Source: the human T2T-CHM13v2.0 reference genome, Homo sapiens
Reading direction: 5' to 3' (one strand)
Assembly: GCF_009914755.1 (NCBI RefSeq)
Contig: NC_060926.1
Length of the DNA: 64,000 bases
The position numbers were made by a program, and so were the translations under genes. Every line of letters begins with the position of its first letter. Position 1 is the first letter of the stretch. The notes beneath the pieces are model-generated. The model was not told where the DNA came from. It worked only from the letters and a program-made list of their open reading frames with translations, and did not search any database. Positions 14,661 to 29,718 of this stretch are shown piece by piece.

Positions 14661-14894
14661 CCTCCCCCCCCACCCCCAGCCTCTATATGGCCAACTGCCG
14701 TGGGAGGAGCACGGCGCTTGCGCAGAGGCGGACAACGCGGACGACTCTGGGCTTGCGCACTCGGAAGCCGGCCGCATGGGGGAGGGGAAGAAGGCCAGGT
14801 CGCACTGAGCCAGGAAGCAGTTGGCAAAGGGGCGGGGTGACGCGGTGACGCAATCCGCCTGCGCGCTGGGCGGGGCGGGGCGGGCTGGGGCGGG

Positions 14895-14968
14895 CTGTGA
14901 GCGGACCGCGAGCGCTGGGCGGGTCCGCGGCGCGGTCGGTCGGCGCCTATTCTCGGGCTGTTTGGCGG
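14895..14968 (+). other. SEPTIN2: SEPTIN2 major non-coding first exon (start approximate)
   Basis: Consensus donor CGG|GTGAGT at 14968/14969 directly after the GC-box cluster. Confidence 0.75.
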
Positions 14969-15453
14969 GTGAGTGTCTCGCCGGTGTACCCCGCACAAGT
15001 TGTGGGCCGGCCCTCCCGAGGAGCTGCGGGGGACGCGCCGCTCGTCCCATACTCTCGGGCGGTGGTCGGCTGGCTCTGGGGTGCCGGCGGGGCGGTGTGG
15101 GGGAGGGGCGGCCGAGCCCAGGCTCTTCGGCACTTATCGTGGGCTCCCCCGTCCCGGGCGGTCCTAGTGCCGGCGACAGTGGCTCCGACACGGGCAGGCC
15201 CGGGCGCGGGAGTGGGGATTCCGGTGACCCCTTGTTGACCCTGCGGGAATTCCTCTGCACTGTCGTCGGTGCTGGGCCTCGGGGCGTCGAGTGCGGTCGA
15301 GGTCGGGAGGTTTGGTGCTTGGAGGGAGGATACAGGTTTAGGCCCGACAAACACTTAGAGCTTGTGTGGCCATCTTGTCTTTCTAACGGTGCCATTTCCT
15401 CCCTGAGGCGTGGAGGACTGGCCAGCCCCCAAACCTCCAAGCCCATCGGCTGG

Positions 15454-15541
15454 ATGCCGTGGATAAGCGAGGGGAGAGCGACTAGGCCCTGTCTGCGGGT
15501 ACCTTCGGCGAGGAGAGGCGACGAAGGTCTGCACCAGCGAG
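15454..15541 (+). CDS. SEPTIN2: SEPTIN2 alternative coding first exon giving a 35-aa N-terminal extension (MPWISEGRATRPCLRVPSARRGDEGLHQR-DEASQK), GC donor
   Basis: ATG 15454; 88 nt plus the 17 nt before the canonical ATG are in frame and stop-free when spliced GAG|GCACGG to 23202; matches a long isoform I recall. Confidence 0.6.
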
Positions 15542-16484
15542 GCACGGACAGGCAGCAGGGGGTAGGGTATAGGGTTGGAGGCCGCCGAGTTGGCCCGGGG
15601 ATGAGGAGCAAACCTGTGGCTTCCGTGGTCTCAGTGGAGTCCCAACTGTGACCTGGCCTACTGGCCCAGACAAACCTGGCTTGCTTTTTTACCTTTTCGG
15701 TCTAATTCTTGTCAGTGCCACCAGACCTTGTCCTCTCTCCACGGAAACACACGAACCAACTACACTGAACTTCTTGTAGTTCAAACTTCTGCACCTTTGG
15801 CCATTGCCCAAACTCTTAAATCTGGCTACTTCCCACCTTAACTGCCTTCTCCTTACCTAGTCTGTGCTTGTGGGATTCCGCCCAAATTAGATTTCCTCCA
15901 GACAGGCTTAGGTGTTTACCTGATGTTCCAGATGGTATTTGTCCAGTGGACTATTGGTGCTGTGAGGGCAGGGCACATGTTGTCACCCATACTCATTGCC
16001 TCGGTTGGTGTCTAGCACCTAGTAGGTTCTCAAATACTTTTTGAATCACAGTGCCTGCCGATATATTTAATGTTTCAAAATAGTTCTGCCGTCATAAAGA
16101 AAAACATCATGGTGTAGGGGTCATGAAAGCTGATTCTTGATACTTCTGATTTGAGCCTCATTGTTTTCAGTGATTTTTGATAGCTCCCATTAATGGGTTC
16201 TTTGCACCACCCAGCATCCTAACTCATGATGTGTACTGTTATGTATAATCTTGGCATTGATCTCATTAGCTATAAAGGTTGTCCTGATTTTTTTTCCTCA
16301 ACTTCCACCTTGATTTCTCTCACCAGTGCCACAGCCAGGAATAAAGAACAAGAGCGTTTTAATTAGATCAGATTTACATTCTGACTGGCTCTTAAACTAG
16401 CAAGGTGACCTAGGGAAAGGGGCCAGGGTTTCCCTCTATCATTCATAAATGTAATTCAGGGCCCCTTTTTATCCCCAATACCAG

Positions 16485-16585
16485 CATACAGAAACTGCTG
16501 TAAAAGAAGAAGTTGTGGGTATTTTTTTTTTTTTTTTTGTCTGGAGGAATGGGGACACCAAAACTCATTTGGCAGCAGAGGTGAG
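16485..16585 (+). other. SEPTIN2: Candidate SEPTIN2 5'UTR cassette exon with tandem donors (16580 or 16585)
   Basis: Acceptor CTTTTTATCCCCAATACCAG|; donors GAG|GTGAGG and GAG|GTAAGG. Confidence 0.5.
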
Positions 16586-17222
16586 GTAAGGCCATTTGTA
16601 TTGTCTGTTCTGTTAGTAGTCATACATGCCACTTATCCCTGCCCCAGTCCCTGTTAGGAGTGTTATGTGGGTATACTGAACGTGGACCTTCCCCGAATCC
16701 AAAGAATCCAGATGCTTTGAATAAGATCATGGACCTTCCGGGTTCTACATCGCCAGATGTTGTTCATCTTCTATCTTTTGTTTTGCGAAAATTGGTTTTT
16801 TATGTGTATTGGGGTTATTCTGTGGAAGAAATAAGCTGTGGGTCAAGATTAAAGAACTTTAAACAACTTCTGGCATGTGGAATAAACACGATCTGAAGGA
16901 ACAAAATTTTCATTTGACTACATTTTTGATCCAATTTGCACCCAGTGTTTAAGTTAATCACAGTGCTTGGCAGTTTGTGTTGCTGGATCAAGGCTTTCTC
17001 ACTGAAAACCATGTGCTTCAGAGGTTCATAATTCCTCTTTCACCTTCCATTTCACATTAGTTAATAAATTATGAGAGAAAACATTGTGGATCCAAGTTAT
17101 GTTTCAGAAAAAAAAAAACAGGAAAAAAAAAAGATGGCAGGAGAAACTTGGTAAAGTCAAAGCAAAGTTGAAATGTCAGTTTAAGACAAATAGTTTCTCC
17201 ATTTTCCCATATGTGTGCACAG

Positions 17223-17330
17223 GGTTCAGTGAGGCTGAGGGGTTCTGTGGAGGTGCGGGAGAGGTGCTCTATGGTATTTCTATGTTGCACTGTGTGGGTT
17301 TGAAATCAGATACATGTAATAGGTGATAAG
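17223..17330 (+). other. SEPTIN2: Candidate SEPTIN2 5'UTR cassette exon (108 nt)
   Basis: Pyrimidine tract then CACAG| at 17222; perfect donor AAG|GTAAGT at 17330/17331. Confidence 0.4.
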
Positions 17331-17669
17331 GTAAGTGCCTGCTCTTTTCTATCCTCAGCATTGGCATTTAATCTTTCCATGTGAACTTAAAGCTCATTTT
17401 ATCCAGTCCTTTAAGAAAAAAGCCACACCATTAGGGATTCCAGTTAGAAATGGACTAAATAACATACTCATTTGGGGAAAATAAAAATGATTTGATTTAT
17501 GTAGGACCTGTTTTCTAGTTTGGTCCCTACTTGTTTGGATTTTTAAAAATTCTGTTGTAAATGATGTGCCCCCATTTCTATTCCTTGATATTTGTTGCTG
17601 GTACTTGACTTACTTGAGATCTTATATTTAGCTACCTTACTAAATTATCGTATTCTAGAATTTTTTTAA

Positions 17670-17981
<312 letters not shown>

Positions 17982-18523
17982 GAGTATTTGTATTTTCTGT
18001 GTATTCAGTCCAATCAGCAAAAAAGTGTTTTCTTTTGATTTTCTTGTTTCATTATATTCAGTAAACTCACCAAGGTAGTATTAAATAATCATGGTGAAAT
18101 TGCAATATCTGGATCTTACTTGGATCTTGATTCACATGAAAAAAATGAGAGAATAGAGAATATGAATACTGATTGGATATTTGATTGCATTAAAGAACTA
18201 GCTATGTGTAATGGTTTGTCATTTTTAGGAGCCCTTATTTTTAGATATGTGTAGTGGAATATAAATGAAATGTTACATCTCGTATTTGCTTCATAATCAT
18301 CCAGGCAGTGGCATTGATGATTGTGGAAATAGATGAAACATTATTGACCTTCAGTTGCTAATTGTTGAAGCTGGATAATGGATAGCACATGGGGGTTTTG
18401 TTTGCTTTTTGTATAGGTCTTCATGTAAAAGTTTTCATGTAAGTGCTTAAAAATAATTATGGAAGGGCATTCCTGCCGAATTATCGGTTGTAATTTAAAT
18501 AGATTTAATTTTCTATTGTTTAG

Positions 18524-18904
<381 letters not shown>

Positions 18905-19497
18905 TGATTGGTTGCTGAATTTCATATGCCTCATCAGCATCTATTAATGCATGATTTTTTTTCCCCTATACTGTGTTGTTGGATTAATATTGGTAGATGC
19001 TTTTGATACATTCCTGGAATCTAATTGCTAGCAAATATTGTATTCAGGATTTTTGCATTTATATTTGTGAGTGAGATTGGCCTATGGCGTTCATTCATTC
19101 CTTTGTTCCTTTCTTATGTCTCCATCTGGGTTTGTTATTAAAACTGTGCTGTCTTCATAAAACAAATTGTTTTCCCTTTTCTCTATAGAGGCTTGGAATA
19201 GTTAAATGACTTTGGTCTTGTCCAAGGTTAGATGGAGTTCAACTCTAACGTCAAGTCTTGGTCCTTTTCATTGGTATGTCTTTAATCAGCTGCTTAGTGA
19301 TACTTGTTTTAGTCAGATTTTCCAGTTTTTGGTTCTGTATTGGTAATTTACAGTGCCCATTTTTTCTGCATTTTCAGATTTGGGGCCATTTTGCTACATG
19401 TAGTCTTCTCTGTCATTATTTTAGCTACTTTTCTATATTTGCTATTTTTTCCTGAATTGGGCTTGTGAGGAATTTGTTTTAGAAAACCAGCTTTTGC

Positions 19498-19850
<353 letters not shown>

Positions 19851-21308
19851 TTATTGATTTCCTGTTTTATCTCCTAAGTTTTGCTTTTATCTTCCTTCCA
19901 TTGCTTTCTACAGATTGCTTATGGCTTTGCTTTTGTTACCCTCCTTGATCCTGGGGATATCCAGTAATGTAACAAATTACTGGGAGTTACTTTTCATCTT
20001 TTTCCACCCAATTTAAGCAGATAATTATTTGAGAACATTGACTGTAAAAATGTTTTTCAAATTTTGTTTAGGCTTTTTTTTATGGTAGATACATGACTTC
20101 AAACATTTTTTAAGGTATTGATTCAAATTTCTCTATGTCTGCTAAATCAGATGTATTTGTTGTATTACTCAGTTCTTCTCTGTCCTTGCACATACTGTGT
20201 TTACTGAATCTGTCCGGTTCTCAGAGAACTCTATTAAAGTTTCTCACTTGAATTTTTTTTTTTAAGTTTGTATTTTTCCTAGTCCTTGCTTTATGTGTTT
20301 ATCTACAGTGATTATTTGAATATACACGCTTATGAATATTACATCTTCCCTATAAATTGTTTCTTTTATCATTATAGCTTGTTATCCCTGTTATTCTGCT
20401 TATTTTTACTTTAATTCCCACCTTGGCTGATAGTAGTGTTGTCTCTCCTCCATGTTTGCACTAGCCTGCTATTTTTTACCTTGTCCCTTTATTTTCAGCC
20501 TCTCTTTGTTCCTTTTGCTTTAAGCATATACGTTATAGCTGGACGGTTTGTTGTTTTTGTTTTTTTTTTCCCTTGGTTTTTCAGGCCAATCTGTCTTCTC
20601 CTTTAAGCAGAGAATTTGGTTATTTCACATTTATACTGATAACTGATATTCTTGAATTTTGTCCCCATTGTCTTGATTTAGGATTACTTCTGATTTTGTT
20701 TCTTCTTGTTCCTTTTCCATATTTTTGCTGGTTTGATGAAGTTGCTGTTTCCTCCATATTTTTCTCTTAATTTGGAAGTTCTCATTGTTATTTTCTTTAA
20801 TGATTACCTTATTTTTTACTTTCATAATCAGATACTTATCTCTGTATTATTTGAAAACGAGATGCCAACTCCTTCTGCCAAAACTGTCTGTATTACATCT
20901 GACCCTTCTCTTTCCCTTTAGGAAGTTCTACTCCTCCACACTCACACTTGCTCTCAATTCTTAGGTTTTGCTGAAATTAAAGGCTCTTGAACCTTACTGC
21001 TACTATCCCTTGGTTAACCAAGCCAAATAACACTGGGGATGCAGGGATCTCATTTCTTCCAAAGTAGCTGGGAACATTTCCAGTCAAAAGGGAAACAGAG
21101 GACACAGTATTCAGGAAGTTAAGATTTGGGGGAGGGGAATCGAGAGGCAAAGTGAGAGAAGCTTTTTAATAAGTTTCTAAGCTCCAGAGGGAACCAAATT
21201 TGACAGCAGTCATCTTTCTTGGGGTTGTTACTGAAGGTTAGCCAACAGACTCCATGCTTTCCAAAGCTTCAGGGTTTCTAAAATTTGTTTAAAAATTCCA
21301 CATATCTC

Positions 21309-21633
<325 letters not shown>

Positions 21634-22009
21634 TTAAAAATATTGTCACATTTTTCAGACACTCAGATGCCTTCAGTACTATTTCCTTTCCTCATAAATG
21701 TAGTTCACATTGCTCTCTGTACCCCAGTGTCAAAATCTAGTTCTCAGGTAGCTCTAGGAAACTCCAGTGGGTGGCAAACATGTTCAAGTTACAGTGCTCT
21801 ATGTAATGAAGTCCCTTACTCCTTGAAAGGTTTCAAAGAGAGAGGGGAAATGACATAATTCCAGAGGTCAGGGAAGTATGTATCCGTGTGTATCCCATTT
21901 GTGTCCCTAGTGTCTAACATATAGTCAGTACTGAAAAAAAATTTGAATATTATTGAAAATATGGAATATGTGCGTACATATATATATACAGTTGCTTTTA
22001 TCAACTTAA

Positions 22010-22543
<534 letters not shown>

Positions 22544-22623
22544 AATTTTTTTAATCGAATTTATTTTTGTAATGATAGATGCTTGTCTTATTCCTAGGGA
22601 AATATTTGAAGTAATTGAGATGC

Positions 22624-23085
22624 TGTCACCTAAAATAATCAAAAGGCTCCTGATTCAGTTAAAAGAATTCATTTAAGTACAGAGTGTAAGCGAGCTACAC
22701 CAAAGAATGGTGATTAGCGCTCCCAGGGTGGGGAAAAATGAGGATTGTTTATATAGGCAAAATGGAGGTGCCAAACAGAATTATAACATTTTCAGAACTA
22801 AGGCTCATTTAAAGATACAAATTTGATTGGCTACTATTGATTACACTTGAAGGGATTTGTTTAACTTCCTTTTGTAAAGAAGTAACAGTCATAAGGATCT
22901 CTCATCTCCCAGTCATTTAGTCTAGTTTTGAATAAAGAATAGGGGGTCTGGTTAATATATACATCTAAACACAAAAGTCAGAAAGAATAAAAGTAGTGAT
23001 GTTACACGAGCCAGCTGTCAGTGCTTAACTTTTCCCTTTGGCCTAATGCATTTGGAAGGTCCTGAAATTGTATTTTCTTTTTACA
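22624..23085 (-). mobile_element. Solo ERV1 LTR, MER4-group-like
   Basis: TGT...ACA ends; minus strand starts TGTAAAAAGAAAATACAATTTCAGGACC..GCCAAAGGGAAAAGTTAAGC, similar to MER4-group LTR 5' ends; near-TSD ATGC/TTGC. Confidence 0.55.
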
Positions 23086-23218
23086 TTGCCTATGTATGTG
23101 TAAGTCTTCTTCAGGTCAGTTCACGCTGTTAAATATACGTGCGTATACATACATACTATGTATGTGCGTTTATGTGTGTCTGTGTGTTTTTTTTTTAACA
23201 GACGAAGCTTCACAAAAG

Positions 23219-23227
23219 ATGTCTAAG
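23219..23227 (+). CDS. SEPTIN2: Septin-2 coding exon 1 (26-nt exon 23202-23227; encodes MSK)
   Basis: TTTTAACAG| acceptor, AAAAG ATG TCT AAG|GTAAGA. Confidence 0.95.
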
Positions 23228-23341
23228 GTAAGATCATACTTCATGTATCTACAGCATAAGGAGAAATTGCTTTATGTTTTCAGACTGTTGACAGTCGGGA
23301 CTTATATGATTCATTATTTTTAATACAACTGATACATTTGA

Positions 23342-23668
<327 letters not shown>

Positions 23669-24976
23669 TAATTGTCATCTTAAAAGCTTGGAGCTTTCTC
23701 TTTTTTCAGGCTTCTACTTTCTTTTCTCTACACACATCAGTAACAGTCCTTTTGGCCCCCTTAGTTCATTCCCAGCAGACCAGATAATTTAGAATTCTGA
23801 TAATTTATTATGATGAAATTGATGGGGCTCTTAGACTTGATAAATTGGTTTAAATCAGCCTTTGCAAGTTAGTTCAGAGATAAATTAGTGCTAAAGAACA
23901 TATTCTGAGAAAAGCAGAACTTGTGGTTAACATTGCAAGATTATTATTTCTGTTTTTTTTTTATCTTTGAATCCTGTGGGTGTTCATTACTGTCCAATGC
24001 AAAATCATCATACCAGTTTTTGCATTTTATACCAGTGTTAGCATGGAACACAGATAAGCAAAAAAAAAAGTCATTATTTCACCACTCAGGAATAACCACT
24101 GTTAATATGTTACATATATTCTTTTTCACCTGTGTGTGCATTTGACTATACATTTACAAAATGTAATCCTAAAGGAAATACTATTTTGTATCTTGCCTTT
24201 TTCAATTAATAAATTGATTTTTAAAATTTCTTCTCATTTTCAGTATGCCACTGTCTAGATTCTGGTTACTTCTGCTATTCTTGCCTTCTCATATCTCTGT
24301 CCTCTCTCTCATCAGATACCCTTCTGTCAAGGAATATTGATGCTTCAGTGTAGTCATCTATGATCTTCTCATTCTGTCTTTTCTTTCTTGGTCTTTGACA
24401 CTAGATACTCAACATCCCACCCCTAATTTGCCTGCCTCACCCTTGATGAAACTCTGTTCTATAGAGCTAGAAGCACAGCAAGAGAGATGCTTTTTTCCTC
24501 GATACTTTTCAGAAATGCATTGCACCTAATACCTGGGAGAAGCTATTCTTTAGCCAAGTTTGTTGAATGAAACCATTCATTCAAAGTACTGTCAGCTGTA
24601 GCAGTACTTTGTAAGCTTGACTGATTTTCCTGGAACTCCATAGTCTCTCAAGTCGAAATTTGAAATTGCATTAAGATGTATTAAGCATGTATCTTCTATG
24701 TATTGTTAAATTCCTAAACAGAATACTGATTAACAAAATGTTAATTTTCAGTCGCATACAACTAAGGAGTTATACTAGATAAGTTTTTCTTTTTTTAATG
24801 CTCCTAGTTGAATACTACTGGTTTTCTGATAGAAGTATGACTTTCTGGAAGTGTTTATACTTTTTAAAAAATTTGTGAAAACTGATAACCTATGTTTGTT
24901 TCATGTCTAACTGATTATATCTTAAAAGCAACTACTAAGGTGTTTATTAGTTTGTTTGTTTTTTAATCTTATTTAG

Positions 24977-25097
24977 CAACAGCCAACTCAGTTTATAAAT
25001 CCAGAAACACCTGGCTATGTTGGATTTGCAAACCTCCCCAATCAAGTTCACCGAAAATCAGTGAAAAAAGGTTTTGAGTTCACACTGATGGTGGTCG
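24977..25097 (+). CDS. SEPTIN2: Septin-2 coding exon 2 ([40 protein letters not shown])
   Basis: TTAG| ... G|GTAAGA; 121 nt; septin alpha0 polybasic region. Confidence 0.97.
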
Positions 25098-25319
25098 GTA
25101 AGAAATTAATCTATAGTCTCCAACTTACTAAATAAATATCTCCCCTTTCCAATCTCTGGAGTATGATAACGTGACCTATAAAGAAAGAGGAAAATTTGGC
25201 AGAGTCAAATAACTTGAGAATTTGAACAAATATATGTGTATTCATTAGAAAATTTTTCTCAGGAGCAAAATTATTTTTCTGTCACTTTCTTATTTATATG
25301 TAGTGAAAGTTTACTCATT

Positions 25320-25641
25320 GTGTCAGCTAGGCTCCAAAATGGCCCCCAGTGATTCTTATCTCCTGGTATTCACAACTTTCTTGTCCCTTCCTGCATTGAA
25401 TAGGGTTTTACCTGTGTAGCCAGTAGGACATTGTGGAGATGAAAGTGTTGTCATTTTCTAAGACTAGGTCATAAAAGGCATTATGGCCCCCCACCTTGCC
25501 TCTTCTCAAATTACTCACTCTGGAGGAAGCCAGCTGTCATGTCAAGAGAACACTCAAGCAGCCTTACAGGGAAGCCCACCAAGTAAGGAACCAAGGCCTG
25601 CCAATGGCTGTGTAAGTGACCCGTTTCAGAAATATCCTCCA
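25320..25641 (+). mobile_element. MLT1 (MaLR) LTR fragment
   Basis: AAAATGGCCCCCAGTGATTC..CTCCTGGTATTCAC and GGAAGCCAGCTGTCATGT motifs typical of MLT1. Confidence 0.6.
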
Positions 25642-28232
<2,591 letters not shown>

Positions 28233-28350
28233 AATATAAATCTTACACAGACATCTTCATGAAATAGATGAGTAGGAAACACCTACCAGCCTATTTTATT
28301 AAGCCAGCATTATCCTATTACAAATGACAAGAAAACTACAGACTAATATA

Positions 28351-28931
28351 TGTTAGAAATGCTTGTTTTTCGGTGCCATAAAGAAATAGTACTTGAACAT
28401 AAATTCAGTCTCCTCAGCAAGGCCATTTTTACTTTCTACGGAAAGGGTACACTCGCCAGCAGTTTTGTCAAGAGGGTACACCGAACAAAGAGGATCATTT
28501 GTAACCTGGGTCATTTATAACCTGATGCGTCTACCTTACTGCTGTGTCTGGTTTCCACTGGCTGGAACGGTACCTCACATTCTGTATTTGTCCTGATTGG
28601 CTAGCAACTTAGAACTTCTTAAAAGAGGCAAAGGCAGAGGAGAACAAAGGAAGGAGGAATGTTGAGAAAGGTAAAATCACCTTCAAATAAGGAAGAGCAA
28701 CAGGCTATGACCTAATGCATGCTTGGACCAGCATAAGCATGCCAGGGCAAATATTTAGGCTGAATTGTGCGAGCTAAGAACATAAAGTACTTTGATTTCC
28801 TCATTACGGCCAGCAGATATTTAAGAATGTTAGCACAGGTCTTTGAATAAATTATGCTTCTAAGAGAAGTTAGTATTATTCCTAATTAGACGGGGAGTAA
28901 AGCCTTTAAAGAGGAGCCTCTACTTTTTACA
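28351..28931 (-). mobile_element. Intact solo ERV1 LTR (LTR10-like, probably LTR10C), 581 bp
   Basis: TGT...ACA termini with perfect 4-bp TSD TATA (28347-28350 and 28932-28935); minus strand begins TGTAAAAAGTAGAGGCTCCTCTTTAAAGGC..CCCCGTCTAATTAGGAATAA; family name from memory. Confidence 0.75.
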
Positions 28932-29718
28932 TATACACGAGCTAGACATGGACATCTTAATTAAATCTTACCGAGTCCAGCAATATATCTAAATAAAAAG
29001 TCAATGCACTGAGTCCTGCTATGATGCAACCCGTGTGTTTCTAAAAAAATCACCATGCCATACAGCATGATGAATAAACACCACAGGGCTTGTGCAGAAA
29101 ACAGGGACACAATACTCAGAACCTTCATCAGCGACACAATGGGAAAAAAGATAGGAACGTAAGAATTATACCAGTCCACATGTAAATGGTTAAAAAATAA
29201 TGACTGCACCATAGAAGCCCTGAGGTTGGTTTGTGCAAGTGGACATCAGGAGGGTTGCAGCTTGTGTGCTTTTGTGTAGCTGTGGAGGGAGGGTTTTCTA
29301 AAGTTGGAAAGTCATAACACTACGTGTAAATGGGTGTGGCTCATAACAGGCAGTGAAGAAAGATAGCTGATAGATATTTAGGGGTGTGTGTTGGGAATAT
29401 CCCCAAGTGGTTTGATTCTGTTGGATGCAGAATTAAACACTGTCTTCTGTATTCTCCTAGTTTCTCACCAATGAGATCATATATAATAAGCAAATACGAA
29501 ATTTGTATTACTCTGCTATTGTTCCGTAATGTATCAATCCCATTGGAACAAATTCTCATTTTCAAATTAGGACTGACTAAACAAATGGAGTTTATCTTAG
29601 GAATACATGATGCAACATTCAAAGTCATTGTCATGCAGTGTAGTTATCAAGGAGGAAGATGATGTTAGCTGAAAAACGAATTTGTAAAAATCCAGGACCC
29701 ACTAAAGATAAGAAATTA

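Larger units (their letters stand above)
13880..15650. promoter_or_regulatory. CpG island / bidirectional HDLBP-SEPTIN2 promoter
   Basis: Very high GC and CpG density; E-box CACGTGAC 14236-14243, CCAAT 14254-14258, YY1 motifs CCGCCATCTT 14371-14380 and 14625-14634, TGACG 14838-14842, TGACGCAAT 14846-14854, GC-box cluster 14868-14895. Confidence 0.92.

Noticed and set aside
14277-15651. Long ORFs in the CpG island (444 aa on -, 276 aa on +, and others)
   Set aside because: Low-complexity Pro/Arg/Gly/Ala translations expected where stops are scarce in GC-rich DNA; no recognisable domain. Only 15454-15541 has splice support.
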